NCBI GenBank assembly: GCA_903936565.1 | Contig: CAIZVZ010000009.1 | Coordinates: 44,840 to 108,839 of the forward strand | Direction of reading: 5' to 3' | From: an uncultured bacterium | Lineage (GTDB): Bacteria > Patescibacteriota > Minisyncoccia > Phycocordibacterales > CAIZLB01 | Length of the DNA stretch: 64,000 nucleotides | In this document: positions 29,824 to 38,887 of the stretch, in pieces | How the letters are laid out: each line of letters starts with the position of its first letter | How positions within the stretch are numbered: position 1 is the stretch's first letter | The notes under the pieces: model-generated | The model's database searches: none | What the model was told of the DNA's origin: nothing | What the model saw: only the letters and a program-made list of their open reading frames with translations | Position numbers and translations under genes: made by a program

Positions 29824-30990
29824 CTACAATATCTCTATAACCCCACTCTCCATATCAATCACAATCATATCCCCTTCCTTTAAAACCTTTGATGCATTTC
29901 TTGTTCCAACCACTGTTGGAATTTGTAATTCTCTTGAGATAATTGCTGGGTGACTCATTAATCCACCAAAATCAGTTACAACAGCCAAAGCTTTTTTCAT
30001 AAACGGTAAGTGATCAACAGTAGTCATTGGACTTACAAAAATCACATTCTCCGGTAACTCAACTAAATCATCTCTAAACAAACAAACCCTACCTTCCACC
30101 TTCAAATCTTTTTTATAAACAACAAGACCCTGTATTCTAGATTGGTCTCTACCTGTTGTGCTACCACCAACATCAACCCCAACTTCATCACCACCTTCAA
30201 CCTTTCTCTTAAATTGCAAGATAGCATCTTTAACAGAAATATTATTTGAGATTCTCTTTGTGTTCATATCAGTGAAGGCACTATCTCCATTTTTACCCTC
30301 CACATATTCATAATATCCAATTACATATCCATCAGAAGTCTCATATCCAGCTTCATTTAATTCCGCATCTTTACCATTTGTAGATAATTTATTTAAAATT
30401 TCATTAACTTTTGCCACCATCACTTCATTTTTTGATAAAACAACAACTGGGGAATTCGGTTCTTTAAAAAATGATACGGCACTCTTCCCTTCCTTTACAG
30501 AATCCATGTATGTCAGAACATACAAATCATCATCAACAACCTCTCCAATAATTCCATCTTTTGTAATCAAAATGACCGCCGAAAATCCAAGTGGTGAGCC
30601 TCTAAAATTTGTGATTCGAACCTCTGCCTTATCTAGTGGAATTTCAAGTGTCTTTAATTTATCACTAAATTCATTGAATGTTAGACCATAATGTTTTTGA
30701 ATATCGAAGATGTTTGCAAACCCTTCCATTGGTGCAACTCTAAATGCATGCTGAATATTTTCACCGCCTCTATCCTCAATAACCGATGATAAATCTTTAG
30801 AATTGATATCAAAACTGGAGAGCGGTAAAACATGCGTTTTATTGATTGGTAATCCAATTGTCTTATTTAAAAAAGTTAACCTTTCCGCTTTCTTATTATC
30901 ATATGCAATTGCATCAGCTATTACATCATCATGTTCTTTTGTCTTTGCTAGCCAGTTTATTATTGAAGTAAATCCTTGTTGAAGTTCCAT
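29824..30990 (-). CDS. Protein with C-terminal PEP-utilizing phospho-His swivel domain
   Basis: SPMTT, VVTDFGGLMSHPAIISRELQIPTVVG, LKEGD.I.ID. Confidence 0.8.
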   Translation of the reverse strand: MELQQGFTSIINWLAKTKEHDDVIADAIAYDNKKAERLTFLNKTIGLPINKTHVLPLSSFDINSKDLSSVIEDRGGENIQHAFRVAPMEGFANIFDIQKHYGLTFNEFSDKLKTLEIPLDKAEVRITNFRGSPLGFSAVILITKDGIIGEVVDDDLYVLTYMDSVKEGKSAVSFFKEPNSPVVVLSKNEVMVAKVNEILNKLSTNGKDAELNEAGYETSDGYVIGYYEYVEGKNGDSAFTDMNTKRISNNISVKDAILQFKRKVEGGDEVGVDVGGSTTGRDQSRIQGLVVYKKDLKVEGRVCLFRDDLVELPENVIFVSPMTTVDHLPFMKKALAVVTDFGGLMSHPAIISRELQIPTVVGTRNASKVLKEGDMIVIDMESGVIEIL

Positions 30991-31031
30991 AATTTTATTT
31001 TATTATTTATTAATTTATCATCTTAAACAAT

Positions 31032-31967
31032 TCAGGCTGTTATTGGCCTGCTTTGTAATATGTGAAGCGTACCCCTCTCATAGGCCCACTCAACATCAGA
31101 CGGCGCACCAAAATATTCTTCAATTAATTTTACGGTTTTAACCAATTTTACTAATTGATTATCAGATAATGATTGAGTAGATACTTTTTCTGGTAATACA
31201 TCTATCCATTTTGTATTCCCACCAATCTCAACTGAAAGTGCCGTGTCTTTTTGTGCAATATTTGTATTTAATATTTCCAATGTATCCTTATGCACAACAA
31301 AGCAGTCTGGAATAATAGCACCAGAAACAAGCGCCTCGCCTAAGCCAAAGCAAGATTCAATATAAATATGTTTATCATTTTTTGTTTGAGGATGAACAGA
31401 AAAAGCAACTCCGGATGATTCTGAATTAATCATTTTTTGTATTAAAACTGACATACCCCAATTATCCCCGACGCCCTTCTTTGTAATCTTGTAATATATT
31501 GCTCTGGGAGAATAGACTGACGCCCAACACTTTTTAATGTACTCAATTATTTTATTTTCACTGACATTTAAATATGATTCAAATTGTCCCGCCCAAGTAT
31601 TTAGAGCTCCATCCTCAACAACCGCCGAAGATCTGACAGCAACAAAATCTGTTTGGAGATTTTCAAACACTCCCCCTATTTCTTCCGCAACCTCCTCTGA
31701 AATAGATCCACCCAAAATCAAGTCTTTAATTTTATTGGACACGTCATTTAAATCGTAGCTCTTTTCTAAATCAACCAAACTCAATAGTTTTTCTATTTTT
31801 TCCTTTAAATTATTATCTTCCAAGAAGTAGTTCCAATGCTCTGTTGTAACCACAAAACCATCTGGCACTGGAATACCAGACCTTATCATCTTCGCCAAAG
31901 ACAGGGCCTTTCCACCAACTAGCCCGATATCAGAATCTTGAATTTTGTTTAAATTAATCAATTTCAT
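31032..31967 (-). CDS. Stand-alone PPDK/PEP-synthase N-terminal ATP-grasp domain
   Basis: VGGKALSL, VPDGF, VAVRSSA..ED, AGQFESYLN, GLGEALVSG, DVEWA, LQSRPIT. Confidence 0.9.
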   Translation of the reverse strand: MKLINLNKIQDSDIGLVGGKALSLAKMIRSGIPVPDGFVVTTEHWNYFLEDNNLKEKIEKLLSLVDLEKSYDLNDVSNKIKDLILGGSISEEVAEEIGGVFENLQTDFVAVRSSAVVEDGALNTWAGQFESYLNVSENKIIEYIKKCWASVYSPRAIYYKITKKGVGDNWGMSVLIQKMINSESSGVAFSVHPQTKNDKHIYIESCFGLGEALVSGAIIPDCFVVHKDTLEILNTNIAQKDTALSVEIGGNTKWIDVLPEKVSTQSLSDNQLVKLVKTVKLIEEYFGAPSDVEWAYERGTLHILQSRPITA

Positions 31968-32062
31968 GCTGTTACATAGAACAATACAGAAATTGATTTT
32001 AAAATGTAAGTGAGGAGTTCCTCGCTAAATTAATCGTTCTTTTACCACCAGAGCTAGTAAAA

Positions 32063-32794
32063 TCACGGCATCTTATCCCCCTTCCTCACGCTCTCGGTGA
32101 CAAACATCGGCATTCTATGAACAGAACCATCTTTGATAGCCTTCAATACAGTTGTAATTCCAACAATTGAATCAAATGGGTCAGATTCATTTTCAATTGC
32201 CTTATCGATTGGAACCCACATATTTTTACCATACGCAGTCTCCTCTAATATTTCGCCATAACATTCATCAGAATATGTAATAGGAAATAACATATCAGCA
32301 AATAATTCATCCTTTACATACATTAATCTTCTCTCCATTCCGATAAGTTTAAAAGATGCCTCAAGCCCAGTCTCCACTTGCAGCTTTCTATTTGCCGCAT
32401 CTTCAATTGACTCACCTTTTCTAACAACACCACCCATGACACCAACCTTTCCGAAAGATGGATGAGAGGTTCTAAGTTGATTTAAAATTTGAATTTCTTT
32501 GTTATGAATTCTGGAAACTATTGTAATAACATTTAATTTAAAAAGCCCAGCTGAGTCAGGCTTCTCAGGTTTAGTAAAAGGATCCGCCATATACTTAACA
32601 CCAAACTCAGATAATGAATATCCATCTTTTGCTTTATTTAAAAAACCTTTCTTAACTAAAAATTGCAAATGATAATTAAATAAATCATTTGGAACATCCT
32701 TAAACTGAATATCACTGTAACGCAGTGAACTCTCATTTTTCAAAGTCCTAAGAATTCGATTCTGTATGGGAGAGAGAATATTTATATTATTCAT
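32063..32794 (-). CDS. Winged-HTH + NUDIX-domain protein (probable regulator)
   Basis: N-terminal LFNYHLQFLVKKG; degenerate Nudix box GGVVRKGESIEDAANRKLQVETGL. Confidence 0.75.
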   Translation of the reverse strand: MNNINILSPIQNRILRTLKNESSLRYSDIQFKDVPNDLFNYHLQFLVKKGFLNKAKDGYSLSEFGVKYMADPFTKPEKPDSAGLFKLNVITIVSRIHNKEIQILNQLRTSHPSFGKVGVMGGVVRKGESIEDAANRKLQVETGLEASFKLIGMERRLMYVKDELFADMLFPITYSDECYGEILEETAYGKNMWVPIDKAIENESDPFDSIVGITTVLKAIKDGSVHRMPMFVTESVRKGDKMP

Positions 32795-32953
32795 GGTTGA
32801 GTATTATCTAGATACTATACTATATATTGAGTGTTTTTGTAATCAGAACCTCAAAATCAGATTGACATATCAGTACTAGCATGATATATTCATGTCGCTA
32901 ATCACTGTAGGGAAAGGCCCTCTTTGGTGGCAAACATCAACTCACAGAACTAC

Positions 32954-33358
32954 ATGAAATCGAATGCTAGACTCGTAACACGTTACCGAGGAAATCAAAT
33001 TGTCACTCGCCTCTTTTACAACAAACAAGTAGGCAGCAGTCCTAATGCAAAACCCGGGGGAATTGAAGATCCTGTGGTGACAGTCAAAAAGCGAAGACAA
33101 AATGGTGGGCCGCTTCAAGGTATTGGACAGACTGCCGAGTTGGCAATCCGTAGATTCCTTATCGTGAATCGGCGCCGACTGGAACGTGACATCGACAAAC
33201 CCTATTGCATCTCACGGGTGGACATGGATGAAATTCTGGCGTCGGAGAAGGTGGAATTGGAACAACAACCAGGAGAAGCCGAAAGGAAGTTTCTGGATAA
33301 AGTATGCCGCCACCTACACGTCACCATCGAACTCACTCCAGGATCACCCCGTTGGTAG
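32954..33358 (+). CDS. Hypothetical protein
   Basis: GC-richer ORF with TTGACA-17-TATATT upstream (32862-32890). Confidence 0.55.
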   Translation: MKSNARLVTRYRGNQIVTRLFYNKQVGSSPNAKPGGIEDPVVTVKKRRQNGGPLQGIGQTAELAIRRFLIVNRRRLERDIDKPYCISRVDMDEILASEKVELEQQPGEAERKFLDKVCRHLHVTIELTPGSPRW

Positions 33359-33498
33359 CCGGTAGCGACCTAACAAGACCGTCTGGGAATAATTGCGGTC
33401 ATCACATCAAACCTGCACGGCGTCATATACGTCTTGCAGAAACAAAACCCCGAACCAGCGTGGGTTTTTTCTTTTGTAATTTTATACTTGTAACCCGT

Positions 33499-34116
33499 CT
33501 AATTTGTATTCAAACTATTCATCGCCTTATATCTGTCTTCGGTTATTGTCACATATAACCCCTCAACTACTCTCTTGCCTATTTTCTTCAACTCCTTCAT
33601 TTCATCATCCTTAAATTTTCCTAAAATAAACTTCACCACCTTATCCTCACCTTTTGGTTTTTTAATTTTTCCAGTTGGAGTTGTTGGAGAAACACCAATC
33701 TTCACTCTAACAAAAGCCTCGGTCTTAATCGCTCTTTTAATTGACTCTAATCCCTTATGTCCTCCCATTCCCCTATTGAAAACCATTTTCACAGTTCCAA
33801 ATGGTAAATCCAAATCATCCTGAATTACGATCAAATGTTCAGCCTTCTTTTCGCTTGTAATTAAATCAGCCAAGGACTTACCACTTTTATTCATAAAAGT
33901 CTCGGGTAAAATCACAACAACTTTCTCTTCCACCTTATTCTTTCCCTTTCCAGATTCAATTTCGCCCTTAGAAACCAATCCCAAAAACTTCTTGTCATAA
34001 GAAAAATCCGGCAAATCGTATTGTTTTGCAAACATAGAGGCTATGAATCTGCCAACGTTATGTCTTGTTGATTCATATTCTTCCCCTGGATTTCCTAGTC
34101 CTACAATTATATACAT
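33499..34116 (-). CDS. pth: Peptidyl-tRNA hydrolase
   Basis: IVGLGNPG.EY..TRHNVG, PETFMNKSG, DDLDLP, GGHKGL. Confidence 0.96.
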   Translation of the reverse strand: MYIIVGLGNPGEEYESTRHNVGRFIASMFAKQYDLPDFSYDKKFLGLVSKGEIESGKGKNKVEEKVVVILPETFMNKSGKSLADLITSEKKAEHLIVIQDDLDLPFGTVKMVFNRGMGGHKGLESIKRAIKTEAFVRVKIGVSPTTPTGKIKKPKGEDKVVKFILGKFKDDEMKELKKIGKRVVEGLYVTITEDRYKAMNSLNTN

Positions 34117-34165
34117 AAAATTATTATATCATTTAATAACATTATGGTATAATCACACACATATT

Positions 34166-34789
34166 ATGAATTTGCACAAAGACAAAGAAACAGACAGCGA
34201 ACCAGAAGAGATTGTCTCACAAGACAAGAAGGAAAAGGCAAAAGAAAAGGACTCGGGCTTTTGGAAATTTACCATAATCACTCTATTAATCTTTCTGGGA
34301 ATTAGATTTTTTGTCGCTGAACCATTTTTGGTTGACGGCGCATCAATGGATCCAAGTTTTTCAACAAATGACTATCTTATTGTCGATGAATTGACTTACA
34401 AACTTCAATCTCCACAAAGAGGTGACGTGGTTGTTCTTCGCCCACCATTTCAAACAAGTAAATATTTTATCAAAAGAATCGTCGGACTTCCTGGTGAGCG
34501 TATAGTTGTCGCAGCAAAACAAACTTATGTATATAACAAAGAGCATCCTGAAGGATTCCTCCTGGATGAGCCTTATGTAAAGTTCAATAGCGACAAGGTG
34601 ACAGATAAAACACTCAGTGATACAGAATATTTTGTGATGGGAGACAACAGAGAGGTTAGCTTCGACTCCAGAAGCTGGGGTGCCCTTCCAAAATCAGACA
34701 TTACAGGACGCGCCCTCTTGCGATTATATCCATTTCCAAAATTAGGCCTTTTTCCAGGAGGACTTGAGGAATTTACCAAAAAGCAGTAA
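34166..34789 (+). CDS. lepB: Signal peptidase I
   Basis: V.GASMDPS, RGDVVV, FIKRIVGLPG, YFVMGDNR..SFDSR.WG. Confidence 0.95.
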   Translation: MNLHKDKETDSEPEEIVSQDKKEKAKEKDSGFWKFTIITLLIFLGIRFFVAEPFLVDGASMDPSFSTNDYLIVDELTYKLQSPQRGDVVVLRPPFQTSKYFIKRIVGLPGERIVVAAKQTYVYNKEHPEGFLLDEPYVKFNSDKVTDKTLSDTEYFVMGDNREVSFDSRSWGALPKSDITGRALLRLYPFPKLGLFPGGLEEFTKKQ

Positions 34790-34802
34790 GGTATAGGTAA
34801 CG

Positions 34803-36173
34803 ATGCCTAAAAACAACAAAAACAAACATATGTCAAAAACAAGTGTTCACAGTAATTTATCTAAGAAAGAAAAAGATAAGGCTACAAATAAGGCTAAAGT
34901 AGAGGTAAAGCATAGCAAAAACAACACCCAAGGAAAGAAGGCAAAGCCTGTACCTGAGGAAAAGCCAGACCCTATATACAAGACCCACAAGATTGCTGAG
35001 GCTTCCGCTCGTCACTATGGTTTCGTGCCTTTTGCTGGTCTTGAGGTGCAAAAAGAAGACATTGTTAAGGCAAAAAGCTTCAAGGCTGGAGTAAAAAGAG
35101 TAAACAAGGATGAAATAATCAGTTCCCTTAAGTTTGAAAACTTTTTAGAGGAATATGTTTCAATAACAAGAGCCTACGTCAACAAAGAGATGTCTGACCT
35201 AGTTCAACCTCCAATGATATGTCACAGTGGCCCCCTTCACGGTAATAGTCATTTTGATAAAAACAAAAACAAAGATCACATATTTTCAATGCACATTCTT
35301 GGTAACGCAAAGAGTATTGCTGATGCAATGATCATTGAGACTGCATACATTATTCTTAAAGACCATGTTGATAAGGGTGAACTTCTAATCGAAATCAACT
35401 CTCTTGGCGACAAGGATTGTTTTACAAAGTTTGCAAAAGAATACAGTTTATATTTTAAGAAAAATATTAGCGAACTCGCAACTCCGTGTAGACACGCTTT
35501 CAAAAAGGACTTGATGAGCACAGTCTCATGTGACCACGATGAATGTCTTGCGATTCAAGACGCTGCACCAAAGCCAATAAGCTATTTAACTGAGGAATAT
35601 CGAGAGCATTTCAGAGAGGTATTAGAATACATAGAATCATTGAATCTACCTTATATAATCAATCACAATCTAATTGGAAGTGGACTTTATGCCGGTGGAA
35701 CAGTATTCCAAATCACAGCTTTCACAATCAAAGGAAGACAAGACAAAAAGGAAGTTTTGGCTATAGGAGAGAGATACAACTCTGTTTCCAAAAAGGCATG
35801 GGGTAAAAAGGATGTACCAGCAATCGCCGCTCACCTTTTAATCGAAGCTGATCCCGCAAGAAAAGTACCAAAGGTCATAGCCGTTGAAGATATTAAATTC
35901 TATTTCATTCACCTTGGATATGATGCAAAGTTGAAATCCCTATCAATTATGGAGATGCTTCGTATTGCCAAGATACCTGTTCATCAAGCGCTATCAAGAG
36001 ACAAGATTACCAGCCAAATTGCAGCGGCCGAGAAGCTAGCCGTTCCCTATATTCTAATATTGGGCCAAAAAGAGGCTATTGAGAACTCAGTAACCGTAAG
36101 ACACATGAATACTAGAGTCCAAGAAACTGTTAAAGTTCAAGACCTAATAGACTATCTCCAAAAGTTGCTATAA
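34803..36173 (+). CDS. Divergent histidyl-tRNA synthetase-like protein
   Basis: INSLGD, C.H..C, AP, GERY, C-terminal His/Gly/Thr/Pro anticodon-binding domain; catalytic motifs eroded. Confidence 0.7.
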   Translation: MPKNNKNKHMSKTSVHSNLSKKEKDKATNKAKVEVKHSKNNTQGKKAKPVPEEKPDPIYKTHKIAEASARHYGFVPFAGLEVQKEDIVKAKSFKAGVKRVNKDEIISSLKFENFLEEYVSITRAYVNKEMSDLVQPPMICHSGPLHGNSHFDKNKNKDHIFSMHILGNAKSIADAMIIETAYIILKDHVDKGELLIEINSLGDKDCFTKFAKEYSLYFKKNISELATPCRHAFKKDLMSTVSCDHDECLAIQDAAPKPISYLTEEYREHFREVLEYIESLNLPYIINHNLIGSGLYAGGTVFQITAFTIKGRQDKKEVLAIGERYNSVSKKAWGKKDVPAIAAHLLIEADPARKVPKVIAVEDIKFYFIHLGYDAKLKSLSIMEMLRIAKIPVHQALSRDKITSQIAAAEKLAVPYILILGQKEAIENSVTVRHMNTRVQETVKVQDLIDYLQKLL

Positions 36174-36202
36174 TTGTCTGCTTATGTTAAATTAATGCTC
36201 AT

Positions 36203-36442
36203 ATGACAAATGTTTCAGTTGATAAACACGCAAACGAAAGTGGATCATCAGTACTCCGTCGCTTCACAAAGCGCGTTCAAGAGTCTGGTGTTTTAAACAA
36301 GGTTAGATCTATCAGATATTCTGGTAGAACTCTTTCACCTTACAAGGTTAAGAAATCTACACTTGAGAGACTTCGTCGCCGTACAGAAATGGAAAAACTA
36401 GCCAAGCTAGGTAAATTACCTGTTTCAAAGAAAAAGAGATAA
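36203..36442 (+). CDS. rpsU: 30S ribosomal protein S21
   Basis: V.K..NE...VLRRF.KRVQ.SGVL..VR..RY pattern. Confidence 0.85.
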   Translation: MTNVSVDKHANESGSSVLRRFTKRVQESGVLNKVRSIRYSGRTLSPYKVKKSTLERLRRRTEMEKLAKLGKLPVSKKKR

Positions 36443-36483
36443 TTACAAGGGCGAGGCCTATTAACCTCTCCCCTCCTAAAAAT

Positions 36484-36888
36484 ATGAAAATTATTTTTGA
36501 TAAAGATAATTTCATAATCTCCTCAACTCTTCAAAATACACCCAAGCACGACTGGGTGCTTTTTGATAAAATAAAAAATAAGGTAATGGGAGAAAAGTAT
36601 GAGCTTGGCCTGACTTTCATCGGAAAAGAGCGGATGCGAACACTAAATCGAACCCACAGAGAGAAGGATTATACGACTGACGTTTTAAGTTTTCCATTAG
36701 ACAAATCAAATGGAGAGATTTTTATCAATATCGAGAAAGCAAATAAAAAATCCAAAGACTTCGATAGAACTCCAAAGAACTATTTAACTTTTCTTTTTAT
36801 ACACTCACTGTTCCACCTGCAAGGACTTGACCATGGAGAAAGAATGGAGAAAAAGGAGATGGAGATAAGAAAATTATTCGGAATATAG
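36484..36888 (+). CDS. ybeY: rRNA maturation endoribonuclease YbeY
   Basis: LNRTHREKDYTTDVLSF, GEIFI, HSLFHLQGLDH. Confidence 0.92.
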   Translation: MKIIFDKDNFIISSTLQNTPKHDWVLFDKIKNKVMGEKYELGLTFIGKERMRTLNRTHREKDYTTDVLSFPLDKSNGEIFINIEKANKKSKDFDRTPKNYLTFLFIHSLFHLQGLDHGERMEKKEMEIRKLFGI

Positions 36889-36990
36889 ATAACTTGAACA
36901 TTTTTCACTCACTTTGTCGACTTTATACACAGTATTTATGAAAAACGCCTATTTTACTATACGATTTTTAGTGTATAATAAAATACATAT

Positions 36991-38259
36991 ATGGCAAAAG
37001 GTCGCAATCTAGCAGTCGGAATAGATGTAGGAACACACCAAATTAAAGTTTTGGTGACAGAGCTTGAGCCTGCTGAATTTCAATCCGAAGAAAAAGGAAA
37101 AGGTGTTGGTTTTAATACTCCAAGAATAATTGCTTCCGCTACAGTTGAAACAAAAGGGATGCGACACGGATATGTTACAAACGTTGCAGAATTATCAAAG
37201 TGTATAAGGACCGCAGTAAACATCGCAGAGAAGAATTCTGGCATTCCGATTAAGAAAGCTTATGTTTCAATCGGTGGTGTCGGACTTGGTGCAATCATTG
37301 CTGTTGGATCCGTTGTCACCACAAAGGCAGATTCAGAGATCACAGACCTAGATGTTAAGCGTGCGATTGAAGAAAGTGAAAAGGAATTACCTAGCACCTA
37401 CATCTTAAACAGAAAAATAATTCACTCGATTCCACTAGAATACAAAGTTGACGGAAGAAAGGTTCTCGGTCGTCCTCAGGGACTGAAGGGGGTAAAGCTA
37501 GAAGCAAGAGTTCTCTATATCACCTGTCTCGCCCATCACTTCACTGATTTACTAAACGCCTTCGATGATGCCAATGTTGAAATGAGAGATATTGTTGCAG
37601 CACCAATTGCAGCAAGCTTGGTATCGCTCACAAAGACTCAAAAAATTGCAGGTTGTATTCTTTTAAATATTGGATCAGAAACTAGTTCAATAATTGTTTA
37701 TGAAAATAATATTCCAGTATCAATGGAAGTTTTCCCGGTTGGATCTAACGATATAACAAATGACATTGCACTAGGTCTTAAAGTTTCAATAGAAGAAGCT
37801 GATCAAATAAAAATGTCTGTTTCAAGCGACCCCAACACAATTGCATCCGCAAGCGCATCGCTTCCTACATTTTCGAAAAAGAAATTAGATGAAATAATTA
37901 TCGCCAGACTATCTGATATTTTTGATTTGGTTGAGAATCATTTAAAGAAAATTGACAGAAACGGACTACTACCTGCTGGAATAATTCTAACAGGTGGAGG
38001 AAGTGGGCTTATTAATATTGAAGAATTAGCACGCGAAGCATTACGTCTTCCATCAAAGCGCCATACATTGAAATTGGAGGGAAACTTAAAAGGTATCGGC
38101 CGAGAGTTCGAATGGTCAGTTGCATACGGTTTGACCATTTTAGCCTTCTCTTCACCGGACGATAGAGGTGATATTGGTTCAGGTGGACTAAGTGCGGTGG
38201 GTGCATTCAATAAGCTGAAAAAGATGATTATTGAGTGGGTCAAGCAGTTTTTGCCATAG
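36991..38259 (+). CDS. ftsA: Cell division protein FtsA
   Basis: GIDVGTHQIK, GMRHG, ITNDIA, ILTGGGS, C-terminal amphipathic helix. Confidence 0.93.
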   Translation: MAKGRNLAVGIDVGTHQIKVLVTELEPAEFQSEEKGKGVGFNTPRIIASATVETKGMRHGYVTNVAELSKCIRTAVNIAEKNSGIPIKKAYVSIGGVGLGAIIAVGSVVTTKADSEITDLDVKRAIEESEKELPSTYILNRKIIHSIPLEYKVDGRKVLGRPQGLKGVKLEARVLYITCLAHHFTDLLNAFDDANVEMRDIVAAPIAASLVSLTKTQKIAGCILLNIGSETSSIIVYENNIPVSMEVFPVGSNDITNDIALGLKVSIEEADQIKMSVSSDPNTIASASASLPTFSKKKLDEIIIARLSDIFDLVENHLKKIDRNGLLPAGIILTGGGSGLINIEELAREALRLPSKRHTLKLEGNLKGIGREFEWSVAYGLTILAFSSPDDRGDIGSGGLSAVGAFNKLKKMIIEWVKQFLP

Positions 38260-38376
38260 TCTTACATATTTTCGATTAATGAAAAAGGCCTGCCGCTGGA
38301 ACGACAGGCCGATTGTTGGTTATTGATTTAGTTTATTGAGCTAGTTTGACTGTTTTCATCCAGCAGTCAATTACTG

Positions 38377-38592
38377 TTACTTCTTGTCGGCAATTGCCTT
38401 GGCAATTGCCGTACAACCATCCCTGACAGCAGAGGCAATAATGTCCCCAGAGCGTTCAATGGTTGCTGCAAACACCAAAGTCAAGCCCACGATGGCAATG
38501 CCCGCATGACCACACTCGAAGGCCACACCCGATCCCGTGATGATAAAACCCACGGCGACTATTCTACTATTGATCTTCAGACTTTTTGGCAT
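38377..38592 (-). CDS. Small 2-TM hypothetical protein between ftsA and ftsZ
   Basis: Probable start MPKSLKINSR; hairpin GGCCTG..CAGGCC at ~38287-38310. Confidence 0.5.
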   Translation of the reverse strand: MPKSLKINSRIVAVGFIITGSGVAFECGHAGIAIVGLTLVFAATIERSGDIIASAVRDGCTAIAKAIADKK

Positions 38593-38887
38593 ACTAGCTA
38601 CCTTTAATACCTGTAAATCTAAGCTTTTCATTGACTTAACAACGTGGCACCAGCCCAGATGTCAATCAGATTCCTTCCGAGAAATCCAACCTTACTGACA
38701 TCCTTTTACTTAGCAGAGAATTCGGCGACTCCTCCACATATATTATGATATACACAACCTATCATGTCAAGCGCTTTATGACACACCCAACTCTAGAACA
38801 CCAAAAGTCAATATTGCCTTGATTTTCCGTAAATGGTAGTATAAAGCCCAAGTAAACGTTAACCATAATCGAAATAACAGAAATAAT

